Shown one piece after another: positions 1 through 8,993 of a stretch of 64,000 bases of DNA (position 1 is the first letter of the stretch; every line of letters starts with the position of its first letter). The stretch covers positions 6,900-70,899 of the forward strand of contig CANRBQ010000001.1 of the NCBI GenBank assembly GCA_947628905.1, in the 5' to 3' direction. Position numbers and translations under genes: made by a program. The notes under the pieces were generated by a model. That model had not been told where the DNA came from. It worked only from the letters and a program-made list of their open reading frames with translations, and made no database searches. The DNA comes from an uncultured Bacilli bacterium (GTDB lineage: Bacteria > Bacillota_I > Bacilli_A > RF39 > UBA660).

Positions 1-136
1 AGATTTGTAAAATAGTACTAGGTGATTAATTAATAATTTATAAGGAAGTTATTTAAATGGATAATAGTATCTTAAAGCATATGGGAACACTATAGTTTTT
101 GCATTTTTGAGAAAATTATAGATTGGAGATGAGATA

Positions 137-1186
137 ATGAATAAATTAGAAGAGCAAAATAATTTATTAATATATAAAAATAAAGATGGCGATATAGTTG
201 TTGATGCAATCTATAAAAATGAAACTTTATGGCTTACACAAAAAGCTATGGCTAAAGTTTTTGATGTTGGGGTGTCGGCAATTTCAAAACATTTGAGAAA
301 TATATTTGATGAAGAAGAATTAAATGAGAGTATGGTTGTTTCCAAAATGGAAAATACCACTAAACATGGAGCAATTAGAGAAAAGACACAAACAAATAAA
401 GTTAAGATTTATAATTTAGATGCTATAATTGCAGTTGGTTATCGAGTTAATTCTAAAAAAGCAACTGAATTTAGAATATGGGCAACTAAAGTGCTTAAAG
501 AATATATGATAAAAGGTTTTGCTTTAAATGATGATAGATTTATAAATGGTAATAAATTTAGCACACAATATTTTGATGAATTACTAGAAAGAATTAAAAC
601 TATTAGAGTAAGTGAAAGAATGTCTTATCAAAAAATTACTGATTTGTTCATTGCAACATCATCTGATTATAATCCAAAAACTGAAGAAGCATACACATTT
701 TTTAAAGTTGTGCAAAATAAATTGCATTACGCGATAAGTGGATATACTGCTGCTGAATTAATTTATACAAGAGCTAATGCTAATGAAGAAAATATGGGAC
801 TAACTAATTGGAAAAATAGTCCTGATGGCTTAATATATAAATACGATGTTTCTATAGCTAAAAACTATTTAACTGAAGAAGAGTTGAATAAGTTAAATCG
901 TCTAACTTTAGCCTTTTTAGATTATGCAGAAGATATGGCATATGAGCACACAGTTATGACTATGAATGATTGGATAAATGCAACGGATAAATTATTAAAA
1001 TTTAGAGAAAAAAATATTTTGACTCATTCTGGTAAAATAACTCATAAAAAAGCAATTGATAAAGCTGAAAGCGAATATGAAAAATATAGGGTAATTCAAG
1101 ATCAAAAATATATATCTTCAATGGATGAATTTTACAATATATATCTTAAAGAAAGCCGCGATTCAATCAAATGGAAAATAATATGA
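137..1186 (+). CDS. RhuM-family (virulence protein RhuM-like) protein
   Basis: Strong RBS GGAGATGAG upstream. The N-terminal region (IYKNKDGDIVVDAIYKNETLWLTQKAMAKVFDV...NLDAIIAVGYRVNSKKATEFRIWATKVLKEYMIKGF) matches the conserved core of RhuM/PF13310-type proteins as I recall it. Confidence 0.6.
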   Translation: MNKLEEQNNLLIYKNKDGDIVVDAIYKNETLWLTQKAMAKVFDVGVSAISKHLRNIFDEEELNESMVVSKMENTTKHGAIREKTQTNKVKIYNLDAIIAVGYRVNSKKATEFRIWATKVLKEYMIKGFALNDDRFINGNKFSTQYFDELLERIKTIRVSERMSYQKITDLFIATSSDYNPKTEEAYTFFKVVQNKLHYAISGYTAAELIYTRANANEENMGLTNWKNSPDGLIYKYDVSIAKNYLTEEELNKLNRLTLAFLDYAEDMAYEHTVMTMNDWINATDKLLKFREKNILTHSGKITHKKAIDKAESEYEKYRVIQDQKYISSMDEFYNIYLKESRDSIKWKII

Positions 1187-1749
1187 TTATTCTAAATGGT
1201 ATCAATAATAAATTAGAAACAATTTCAAATCTTTTTGATGGTAAAGAAATAAGAAGTATTTGGGATAGTGAGAAAGAAGAGTATTACTTTAGTGTTGTTG
1301 ATGTTATAAATGCACTAACTGGTAGTAGTGATGCTAGAAAATATTGGTCCGTATTAAAGTTAAGATTGAAAAAAGAAGGATCTGAGTTGACTACATTTTG
1401 TAGTCAACTGAAATTAAAAGCAAAAGATGGAAAATTTTATAACACTGATGTATTAGATACTAAGGGAATTGTTTCTGAATATAAAAAATTAAAAGGCATT
1501 CGAAAAGAATCTTTGAGAGATAATATGACTGACATTGAAGTTGCTTTAACAAATATTGGTGAAATAGCAACAAGGGATATTGCAAGAGAAGAACATCCAA
1601 AGGGATTAAAAGAAAATTTAAATGTGGCAAAGCGTGGAGGAGGAGTTGCCAAGGGAGCAAAGGATTTATATGAAAAAGAAACTAAAAAATCAGCTATATC
1701 TCAAAGTAATAGCTTATATTATGAATATGTAGATGAAAATATAAAATAA
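1171..1749 (+). CDS. Bro-N domain protein (phage antirepressor-like)
   Basis: The motif FDGKEIRSIWDSEKEEYYFSVVDVINALTGS resembles the Bro-N signature F.g..iR.v..dge.wF.a.DVa..Lg. It overlaps the RhuM stop by 16 nt, which suggests translational coupling. Confidence 0.5.
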   Translation: MENNMIILNGINNKLETISNLFDGKEIRSIWDSEKEEYYFSVVDVINALTGSSDARKYWSVLKLRLKKEGSELTTFCSQLKLKAKDGKFYNTDVLDTKGIVSEYKKLKGIRKESLRDNMTDIEVALTNIGEIATRDIAREEHPKGLKENLNVAKRGGGVAKGAKDLYEKETKKSAISQSNSLYYEYVDENIK

Positions 1750-1755
1750 AAGGAA

Positions 1756-2628
1756 GTGATAAAAATGAATGAAAATAAAACAAACATCAATTGGTATCCT
1801 GGGCATATGGAAAAAGCGAAAAGATTAATGATGAAGGAATATCAAAATATTGATTTAGTTTATGAGTTAGTAGATGCGAGAATTCCTAGAAGTTCAAAAA
1901 TAAGTAATATTTATGATATTATTAGAGATAAGCCTAAGATATTAATTATGTCAAAAAAAGATTTAGCGGATCCAATAATGTTAGAAAAATGGCAAATATA
2001 TTATGAAAATTTAGGGACTAAAGTAATTGCCGCTAATTTAAATGATGATAGTGATATTAGAAATATTATTAATATGACTCATAGTTTAATGGAAGATATA
2101 CAATTAAAACGTGAAGAAAAAGGGATGAATAAAAAAATAGTTAGAGTTTTAGTTGTTGGTATTCCTAATGTTGGGAAATCAACATTAATTAATAAGTTAG
2201 TAGGAAGAAAAGTGGCTAATACGGGAAATAAACCAGGAATAACTAAAAATTTAGCATGGCTTAAAACTAATCATGATATAATGCTTTTAGATACACCGGG
2301 AATATTATGGCCTAGATTAGAAAATAAGGAAATTGCTCTTAATTTGGCTTCTTTCTTAGCAATAAAGTCAGAGATATTAGATGTTAATGAAGTTGGGGTG
2401 CATATTTTAAATAAACTTAATCGTTATTATCCAAATAAATTGCAAGATAGATATGGTATTACACCAACTAATATGGAACTTAATATTGAAGATGCTTATA
2501 ATATAATAGGTAGAAGTATGGGAGCTATAAGGGGAGGAGAAGTTGATTATGAGAGAGTTAGTAATAGATTAATAAATGATATTAAAGATGAGTATGTAAA
2601 GGAAATTGTGTTTGATAATGAAATCTGA
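1756..2628 (+). CDS. rbgA: ribosome biogenesis GTPase A (YlqF/RbgA)
   Basis: Circularly permuted GTPase motifs (NINWYPGHM, VVGIPNVGKSTLIN, LLDTPGIL) and conserved synteny with the downstream rnhB. Confidence 0.85.
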   Translation: MIKMNENKTNINWYPGHMEKAKRLMMKEYQNIDLVYELVDARIPRSSKISNIYDIIRDKPKILIMSKKDLADPIMLEKWQIYYENLGTKVIAANLNDDSDIRNIINMTHSLMEDIQLKREEKGMNKKIVRVLVVGIPNVGKSTLINKLVGRKVANTGNKPGITKNLAWLKTNHDIMLLDTPGILWPRLENKEIALNLASFLAIKSEILDVNEVGVHILNKLNRYYPNKLQDRYGITPTNMELNIEDAYNIIGRSMGAIRGGEVDYERVSNRLINDIKDEYVKEIVFDNEI

Positions 2629-3271
2629 TTTGCTTAAGTATGAAAAAGAATTATATAAAAATGATATTAATTTAATTGCAGGTGTTGATGAAGCTGGAAG
2701 AGGGCCTTTGGTTGGACCTGTTGTGGCGGCCGCGGTTATTTTGCCAGTTAATTATAAATTAGAAGGACTTAATGATTCAAAACAATTAAGTGAGAAAAAA
2801 AGAGATGAATATTATAAAGTATTGCAAAAAGAGGCAATAAGTATTGGAGTAGGAATAGTTAGTGCTAAAGAAATAGATGAGATAAATATTTTGGAGGCTA
2901 GTCGGAAAGCTATGTATATTGCTCTTAATAATTTAGATGTGAAGCCAGAATATATTCTTAGTGATGCAATGAGTTTAAATGATATAGATATTCCTTCTAA
3001 AGCAATTATACATGGAGATGCTTTATCTTTATCTATTGCCGCGGCATCTGTTATTGCCAAAGTTACTAGAGATAGTATTATGTATGAATTGGATAAAAAA
3101 TATCCAGAATATAACTTTAAAAAGCATAAAGGATATCCTACTAAAGAACATTTAGCTTTATTAAAAGAGTATGGAGTAAATGAAGAATATCGGATGAGTT
3201 ATAAACCGGTTAAAAAAATATTGGAGGAAGTAGATAATGAAAAAGAAATTATTAAAGTTATGGCAAAGTAA
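2618..3271 (+). CDS. rnhB: ribonuclease HII
   Basis: GVDEAGRGPLVGPVVAAAV active-site motif. The ATG at 2618 (MKSDLL) is preferred over the track start at 2606. Confidence 0.85.
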   Translation: MKSDLLKYEKELYKNDINLIAGVDEAGRGPLVGPVVAAAVILPVNYKLEGLNDSKQLSEKKRDEYYKVLQKEAISIGVGIVSAKEIDEINILEASRKAMYIALNNLDVKPEYILSDAMSLNDIDIPSKAIIHGDALSLSIAAASVIAKVTRDSIMYELDKKYPEYNFKKHKGYPTKEHLALLKEYGVNEEYRMSYKPVKKILEEVDNEKEIIKVMAK

Positions 3272-5297
3272 ATTTTTTAAGAATTATTTTATTCTTATTG
3301 TTTCTTTAAGTTATTTAGAATTAGTATTTAGACTTATATCTAAGTTAGAATTATTTGATCCTTCAGGGATAAGAATATTTTTAGGTCTCAATATTATTTC
3401 TTTAATATTTAGTTTTATTTTAAGTTTTTTACCTAATATTATAGCAAAAATATTTAATTCAATATTTATATTATTTATAAGTATTTATGGGATTGCTCAG
3501 TTAGGTTTTAAAAATTTTATTGGGACATTTATATCTATTCAAACTAGTAGTCAAGCAGGCGCGGTTATATCTTATTTTTGGGATTATATTAGAAGTTTTG
3601 AAATATGGTTTTATTTATTGTTAGTTCCTTTTATTTTAGTAATTATATATTATATATTTATTGATAAAAAAGTAACTTTTGATATGCCTAAAAAGAATAA
3701 TAAAATGCATATAGCGATATTTAAATGTTTTCAAGTATTACTTATTATTTTTTGCTTTTTTGCTTATTTTGTTAGTTTAAAAGCTAGTTTTATGCAAAAT
3801 AAAACTCAAGCATTATCAAGTTATGATTTATTTAAAAAACCTACTAATCCAAGTTTAGTAGTTAATGATTTTGGATATATTGGGTTTGGTATTTTAGATA
3901 TTAAAGAACACTTTTTTCCAGGAAATGAAATTGATTATGAAATAAGTTATAATCCTAATGAAATTCCTAATTCTAATATTGTTTTACCCAATGAAGGAGA
4001 AGAATTTGTAGCTAAAGAACAGTTATATATAGATAATAATAATTGGAAAGATATAATTGCTACAGAAAAAAATAATAATTATAATACTTTAAATAAATAT
4101 TTTATTGGGAATGATATAACTTATACTAATTCTTATACAGGAATGTTTGAAAATAAAAATTTAATAGTTATTATGGTAGAATCTGGAAGTAATATTATGC
4201 TTAACGAAGAACTCTATCCTAATATAAGTAAGTTATATAATGAGGGTTGGTCTTGGAAAAATTATTATTCACCTAGAAGTACATGTAGTACTGGTAATAA
4301 TGAAATGACAGGAATGACAAGTTTATATTCGATATTTAATAATTGTACGGCAAATGTATATCGAAATAATACTTATTTTCAAAGTATCTTTAATTTGTTT
4401 AATAATAAAGGCTATATTACTAATAGTTTTCATGATCATATTGATCAGTACTATTATAGAACTCAGATACATAAAAATATGGGTAGTAGTAAATATTATA
4501 AAGTAACAGATATGAATCTTAAGTATGGCCCTAATTATGGAGATTGGGCAAGTGATGATGAAATGATGAAGTTTTATTTAGAGAAATTAGATGAAAGAGA
4601 TACAACTAAACCATTTATGTCTTGGATAACGACCGTTACTACACATATGCCATATTCTAGTTCAAGTACTTATAATGATAAGTATTTAGATTTAATGCCT
4701 GAAGAGTACGCGAAAGATGTAAGAAGATATATGTCAAAATTAAAAGAAGTAGATAATGCGATTGGTACTTTAGTAAAGGGATTAGAAGAAAGAGGAATAC
4801 TTCAAGATACAGTAATATTACTTTATTGTGATCATTATCCTTATGGAATATCTAATAAAAATTTAACACCGGCTTTAGGTTATGAAGTAAATATTGATAA
4901 TAATGTTGATCAAGTGCCATTTATAATATATAATCCAGACTTAAAACATGAAGTTTATGATGAATATACTACATATGTAGATGTAACGCCAACTGTAGCT
5001 AATTTATTTGGACTTACTTATGATTCAAGACTTTATATGGGAAGTGATATTTTAAGTAATGAATATGAATCTATGGTTGTATTTACAGATGGTTCTTGGA
5101 AAAATGAAATAGGTTTTTATGATGCAACGGCAAATAATATTAATTACTATACAGAAAAAGTGTATAGTGATGAAGAAATACTTGCTATTAACGAGGAAAT
5201 AAGTTTAAAATTAAAGATGAGTAGTTTAGCTATTAAAACGAACTACTTTAGCTATTTAGATAAAAAGCTAAATAGTTATACCACTTCCACACAATAG
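3237..5297 (+). CDS. LtaS-like membrane sulfatase / phosphoglycerol transferase family protein
   Basis: Multiple N-terminal TM helices followed by a large extracytoplasmic alkaline-phosphatase/sulfatase-like domain (IVIMVESGSN, YSPRSTCSTGNNEMTGM). Confidence 0.5.
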   Translation: MKKKLLKLWQSKFFKNYFILIVSLSYLELVFRLISKLELFDPSGIRIFLGLNIISLIFSFILSFLPNIIAKIFNSIFILFISIYGIAQLGFKNFIGTFISIQTSSQAGAVISYFWDYIRSFEIWFYLLLVPFILVIIYYIFIDKKVTFDMPKKNNKMHIAIFKCFQVLLIIFCFFAYFVSLKASFMQNKTQALSSYDLFKKPTNPSLVVNDFGYIGFGILDIKEHFFPGNEIDYEISYNPNEIPNSNIVLPNEGEEFVAKEQLYIDNNNWKDIIATEKNNNYNTLNKYFIGNDITYTNSYTGMFENKNLIVIMVESGSNIMLNEELYPNISKLYNEGWSWKNYYSPRSTCSTGNNEMTGMTSLYSIFNNCTANVYRNNTYFQSIFNLFNNKGYITNSFHDHIDQYYYRTQIHKNMGSSKYYKVTDMNLKYGPNYGDWASDDEMMKFYLEKLDERDTTKPFMSWITTVTTHMPYSSSSTYNDKYLDLMPEEYAKDVRRYMSKLKEVDNAIGTLVKGLEERGILQDTVILLYCDHYPYGISNKNLTPALGYEVNIDNNVDQVPFIIYNPDLKHEVYDEYTTYVDVTPTVANLFGLTYDSRLYMGSDILSNEYESMVVFTDGSWKNEIGFYDATANNINYYTEKVYSDEEILAINEEISLKLKMSSLAIKTNYFSYLDKKLNSYTTSTQ

Positions 5298-5309
5298 AAA
5301 GGAAAAATT

Positions 5310-7328
5310 ATGAAAAATGTTGTGATAGTAGAGTCACCTGCTAAAAGTAAAACAATTGAGAAGTATTTAGGTAGTGATTATAAAGTAGTATCAAGTAAAG
5401 GCCATATTAGAGATTTAGCAACAACAGGTAAATATGGGTTGGGAATTGATATTGAAGATAATTTTAAGCCTAATTATGTGGCAATAAAGGGTAAAGGGAA
5501 AGAAATCGCGGCTTTAAAAAAGCTTACTAAAGAAAGTGATAAAGTTATACTAGCAACAGATCCTGACCGAGAGGGAGAAGCTATATCTTGGCATTTATAT
5601 GATGAATTAGGACTTAAAGATGATAATTATGAAAGAGTTGTTTTTAATGAAATTACAAAAGATGTAGTTATTAATTCAATTAATAATCCTAGAAAAATAG
5701 ATATGGATTTGGTTAAATCACAAGAAACAAGAAGAATGTTAGATAGAATAATTGGATTTAGATTAAGTAAACTTATGCAAAGAAAAACAGGGGGTAAAAG
5801 TGCTGGAAGAGTGCAAAGTGTAGCTCTTAAATTGATTGTTGATAGAGAAAGAGAAATACAAGCTTTTGTTCCTGAAGAATTTTGGACCATTGAAGCTGAT
5901 TTTAAGTCTTTTACTGCGGAATTAGAAAAGTATCATAATAAAAAGATTACAATTCATAATGAAGAAGAGGCTGATCAAATATTAGCTAATTTATCTAAGA
6001 CATTTAATATTGAAAAAATAGAAGAAAAAGAAAAAATAAAGAAGCCTCGTGATCCTTTTAGAACTTCAACTTTACAACAAATGGCGGCGAATAGACTTAA
6101 TTTTTCTTCTAGTAAAACAATGCAAATAGCTCAAAAATTATATGAAGGTATGAATATTGGATCAGAAACAGTTGGTTTAATTACTTATATGCGTACAGAT
6201 TCAACTCGTTTTAGTGAAGTATTTGTTAATGATACTAAAACATATATAAAAGATAATTTTGGAGAAGAGTATATTGGAGGAGTAAAAGCGTCTAAAGAAC
6301 CTAAGGGGGCTCAAGATGCTCATGAAGCTATAAGACCAACTAGTATTATGCGAACTCCAGAGTCTATTAAAAGTTATTTGTCTACTGATGAATATAAATT
6401 ATATAATTTAATTTATATTCGTTCACTGGCTTATTTAATGAGTAATGCTAAAACTTTAACTACAGCGGTTAGTTTAGAAAATAATGGTTATTTATTTAAA
6501 GCAACGGGAAGTGTTTTACAATTTGATGGTTATTTAAAAGTTTATAGTGAATTTGAAGAATCAGAAGAAAAAGCTTTACCTAATTTAAAAGATGAAAAAG
6601 AAATTGTAGCTAAAGAAATTAATAAATATCAACATTTTACTAAACCAGCCCCAAGATATACAGAATCAACATTAATTAAAGAGATGGAAGCTTTAGGTAT
6701 AGGGCGACCTAGTACATATGCAACAATTATGAAAACAATAAAAGATAGGGGCTATGTAACTATAGATGATAAAAAATTTATGCCAACAGAAATAGGATTT
6801 GAAACAACAGATAAACTTCAAGAATTTTTTAGTGATATTGTTAATGTTAAATATACAGCAGATATGGAAACAGAGTTAGATGAGATTGCGGAAGAAAAGT
6901 TAGATAATATTGAAGTTTTAAAGAAGTTTTATAAAGAATTTGCTCCTTTGGTTGAAAAAGCTTTTAAAGAAATGGAAAAGAAAGAACCAGAAAAAACAGG
7001 AGAGAAATGTCCTGAGTGTGGCAGTGATTTGGTAGTTAGAAAAGGTAAATTTGGAGAGTTTGTAGCTTGTAGTAATTATCCTACTTGTAAATATATTAAA
7101 AAGGAAATTAAAGAAGAAGCTAAAGTGGCTGTTTGCCCTAAATGTGGGAAAGATATTTTAGCTAAAAAAACTAAAAAAGGTAAGATTTTCTATGGCTGTA
7201 GTAATTATCCTAAATGTACTTATGCAACATGGTATACACCTACAGGTGAAAACTGTCCTAATTGTAATAATCTATTGGTTACAAAAAATAAGAATGTTAT
7301 ATGTGAAGAATGCGGTTATACTAAATAA
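5310..7328 (+). CDS. topA: DNA topoisomerase I with C-terminal zinc ribbons
   Basis: TOPRIM N-terminus (VVIVESPAKSKTIEKYLG), catalytic region (ITYMRTDS) and three C-terminal C4 zinc ribbons (CPECG..CSNYPTC). Confidence 0.9.
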   Translation: MKNVVIVESPAKSKTIEKYLGSDYKVVSSKGHIRDLATTGKYGLGIDIEDNFKPNYVAIKGKGKEIAALKKLTKESDKVILATDPDREGEAISWHLYDELGLKDDNYERVVFNEITKDVVINSINNPRKIDMDLVKSQETRRMLDRIIGFRLSKLMQRKTGGKSAGRVQSVALKLIVDREREIQAFVPEEFWTIEADFKSFTAELEKYHNKKITIHNEEEADQILANLSKTFNIEKIEEKEKIKKPRDPFRTSTLQQMAANRLNFSSSKTMQIAQKLYEGMNIGSETVGLITYMRTDSTRFSEVFVNDTKTYIKDNFGEEYIGGVKASKEPKGAQDAHEAIRPTSIMRTPESIKSYLSTDEYKLYNLIYIRSLAYLMSNAKTLTTAVSLENNGYLFKATGSVLQFDGYLKVYSEFEESEEKALPNLKDEKEIVAKEINKYQHFTKPAPRYTESTLIKEMEALGIGRPSTYATIMKTIKDRGYVTIDDKKFMPTEIGFETTDKLQEFFSDIVNVKYTADMETELDEIAEEKLDNIEVLKKFYKEFAPLVEKAFKEMEKKEPEKTGEKCPECGSDLVVRKGKFGEFVACSNYPTCKYIKKEIKEEAKVAVCPKCGKDILAKKTKKGKIFYGCSNYPKCTYATWYTPTGENCPNCNNLLVTKNKNVICEECGYTK

Positions 7329-7336
7329 TCGCTTTT

Positions 7337-8623
7337 TTAAAATATTTTTTTAATATTTTTAAGAGATAATAATACTATTAGTATAATATCAATTATTTCA
7401 GCGATTACTAGGGCATACATACCTATATGGCAAAAAGATAAAATAGTCATAGTTAGGAGTTTAGTAGAAATAGCAATAATAGTTATAAACATGCAAGTTT
7501 TAAATTTACCACAGGCTTGTAAAACACTTTGTAAGGGTCCTTCTAAATAAAAGAGAACAAAGAAAGGGGCAAGTATTTTAATATAATTAGAACCATTTGT
7601 AGTGTTATATAAAGTTAGTAATAATTTATCACGGAAAATAAAGATTAAAGTAGAAAAAAATATACCGACAATTAAAGACATTATTAATGCTTGATGATAT
7701 CTTCTTTTAACCATTTTTAAATTATTATGATAATAAAATCGTGATATTTCGGGTAATAAAGATGATGATATAGCTTGAATAAAAAATGATGGCATAGCAA
7801 GAAGAGAAATGGAATAAGCATTATAGGCTCCATATTCATTTAAGATATAATTCATAGAATAACCCATCATGAGTAATATGTTAGTAAGAATAATAGGTTC
7901 AAAAAAGAAACCAATGTTACCTATTAAACGAGCAGATACTGTAGGAAAAGATATTTTTATTATTTCTTTAGAAGTTGCAAGATCAGGTTTTAAATCTTCT
8001 TTATTAATGACAAAATGTTTAGGTAAAAAAAATAAGAAAGTTAAAATAGATATAGATTCTGAAGCAACACTTAAAAGAATTAAGCCCATTACAGCGTGAG
8101 TAATACTTTTTTTAATTAATGGGGGGATAATAATAAAAATTAGTATGATTCTTATTAGTTGTTCTAAAATATTAGATATAGTATGGGGTAACATTTTTTG
8201 TTTACCATAAAAATAACCTTTTAAAATACTAGAAATAGAAACAAAGGGGAAAGTAAAAGCCATAGCCATTAAAAGAATACTACATCTAGGATCATGAAGG
8301 AGAGTGATAGCAATAAAATCTTTTGTAAAATAAATTATAGTTATCATAATTAAATTAATAATAATAGTTATAAAAGTAGCATTAGTAAGAATTTTTAAGC
8401 TTTTATTTTTAGCTTCACTAATTAATTTAGATATAACTATAGGAAGAGAAAGAGTTGCAATGGTAAGCATTAAAGAATAAGTGGGCATTACTAATGAATA
8501 TAAGTTAATAGCGGCGTTTCCAACCATTCTGGTATAAATAATTCTTATTAAAAATCCTAGTATTTTAGTTATGAAGCCTCCGATTAAAAGAATAAAAGTA
8601 GCGCTTAAAAATTTATTTTTCAT
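7337..8623 (-). CDS. MOP-superfamily polysaccharide/lipid-II flippase (SpoVB/MurJ/Wzx-like)
   Basis: About 12 predicted TM helices and Wzx/SpoVB-like composition. The precise subfamily is unknown. Confidence 0.5.
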   Translation of the reverse strand: MKNKFLSATFILLIGGFITKILGFLIRIIYTRMVGNAAINLYSLVMPTYSLMLTIATLSLPIVISKLISEAKNKSLKILTNATFITIIINLIMITIIYFTKDFIAITLLHDPRCSILLMAMAFTFPFVSISSILKGYFYGKQKMLPHTISNILEQLIRIILIFIIIPPLIKKSITHAVMGLILLSVASESISILTFLFFLPKHFVINKEDLKPDLATSKEIIKISFPTVSARLIGNIGFFFEPIILTNILLMMGYSMNYILNEYGAYNAYSISLLAMPSFFIQAISSSLLPEISRFYYHNNLKMVKRRYHQALIMSLIVGIFFSTLIFIFRDKLLLTLYNTTNGSNYIKILAPFFVLFYLEGPLQSVLQACGKFKTCMFITIIAISTKLLTMTILSFCHIGMYALVIAEIIDIILIVLLSLKNIKKIF

Positions 8624-8716
8624 TTTTCACCTCTTTAAAAATAGAGATTTATAGTATATAATAAATATATATTTTAAAAAGAAGTTTTATGACTTGTTTA
8701 AGTAAGAAGGGATTAA

Positions 8717-8992
8717 ATGGAAAATAGAGATAATGAGCTTAAATTTAAAAGTTTAGAAGATTTATATACTAGAATATATCCAGCATTAAAATCAAAGGTT
8801 TTAGAGCTAAAACGTGGGGGATATAAGTATATTCAAGAAGTAGATGTTTGGGATTATTTAAAGACATATAAATGGGTAACATCTAGAGATTTAGATTTGG
8901 GATGTATGGTTAATGATATTTTTAATGTTGATATTATGGCTTTAAATGAATTTGTTATTGATAAATATAAAAAAGAACATGAGGAGATGTGA
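8717..8992 (+). CDS. hypothetical small protein upstream of relA
   Basis: Clean 91-aa ORF with normal codon usage. No motif recognised. Confidence 0.4.
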   Translation: MENRDNELKFKSLEDLYTRIYPALKSKVLELKRGGYKYIQEVDVWDYLKTYKWVTSRDLDLGCMVNDIFNVDIMALNEFVIDKYKKEHEEM

Positions 8993-8993
8993 A

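Noticed and set aside
1437-1660. Two minus-strand ORFs (71 and 66 aa) inside the Bro-N gene
   Set aside because: They are fully embedded antisense in a better-supported plus-strand CDS. They have a low-complexity L/P-rich composition and no RBS.
2812-3060. Minus-strand 82-aa ORF inside rnhB
   Set aside because: It is antisense to a conserved housekeeping gene, with no RBS and atypical composition.
5627-5890. Minus-strand ORF inside topA, and similar antisense ORFs at 7869-8099, 10599-10844, 11137-11337, 15463-15657, 35072-35380, 43098-43283, 43593-43805, 46952-47182, 48651-48878, 51145-51423, 53002-53214, 54847-55056 and 58474-58746
   Set aside because: All are embedded antisense or frame-shifted within strongly supported CDSs. 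They have no RBS and have biased low-complexity translations.
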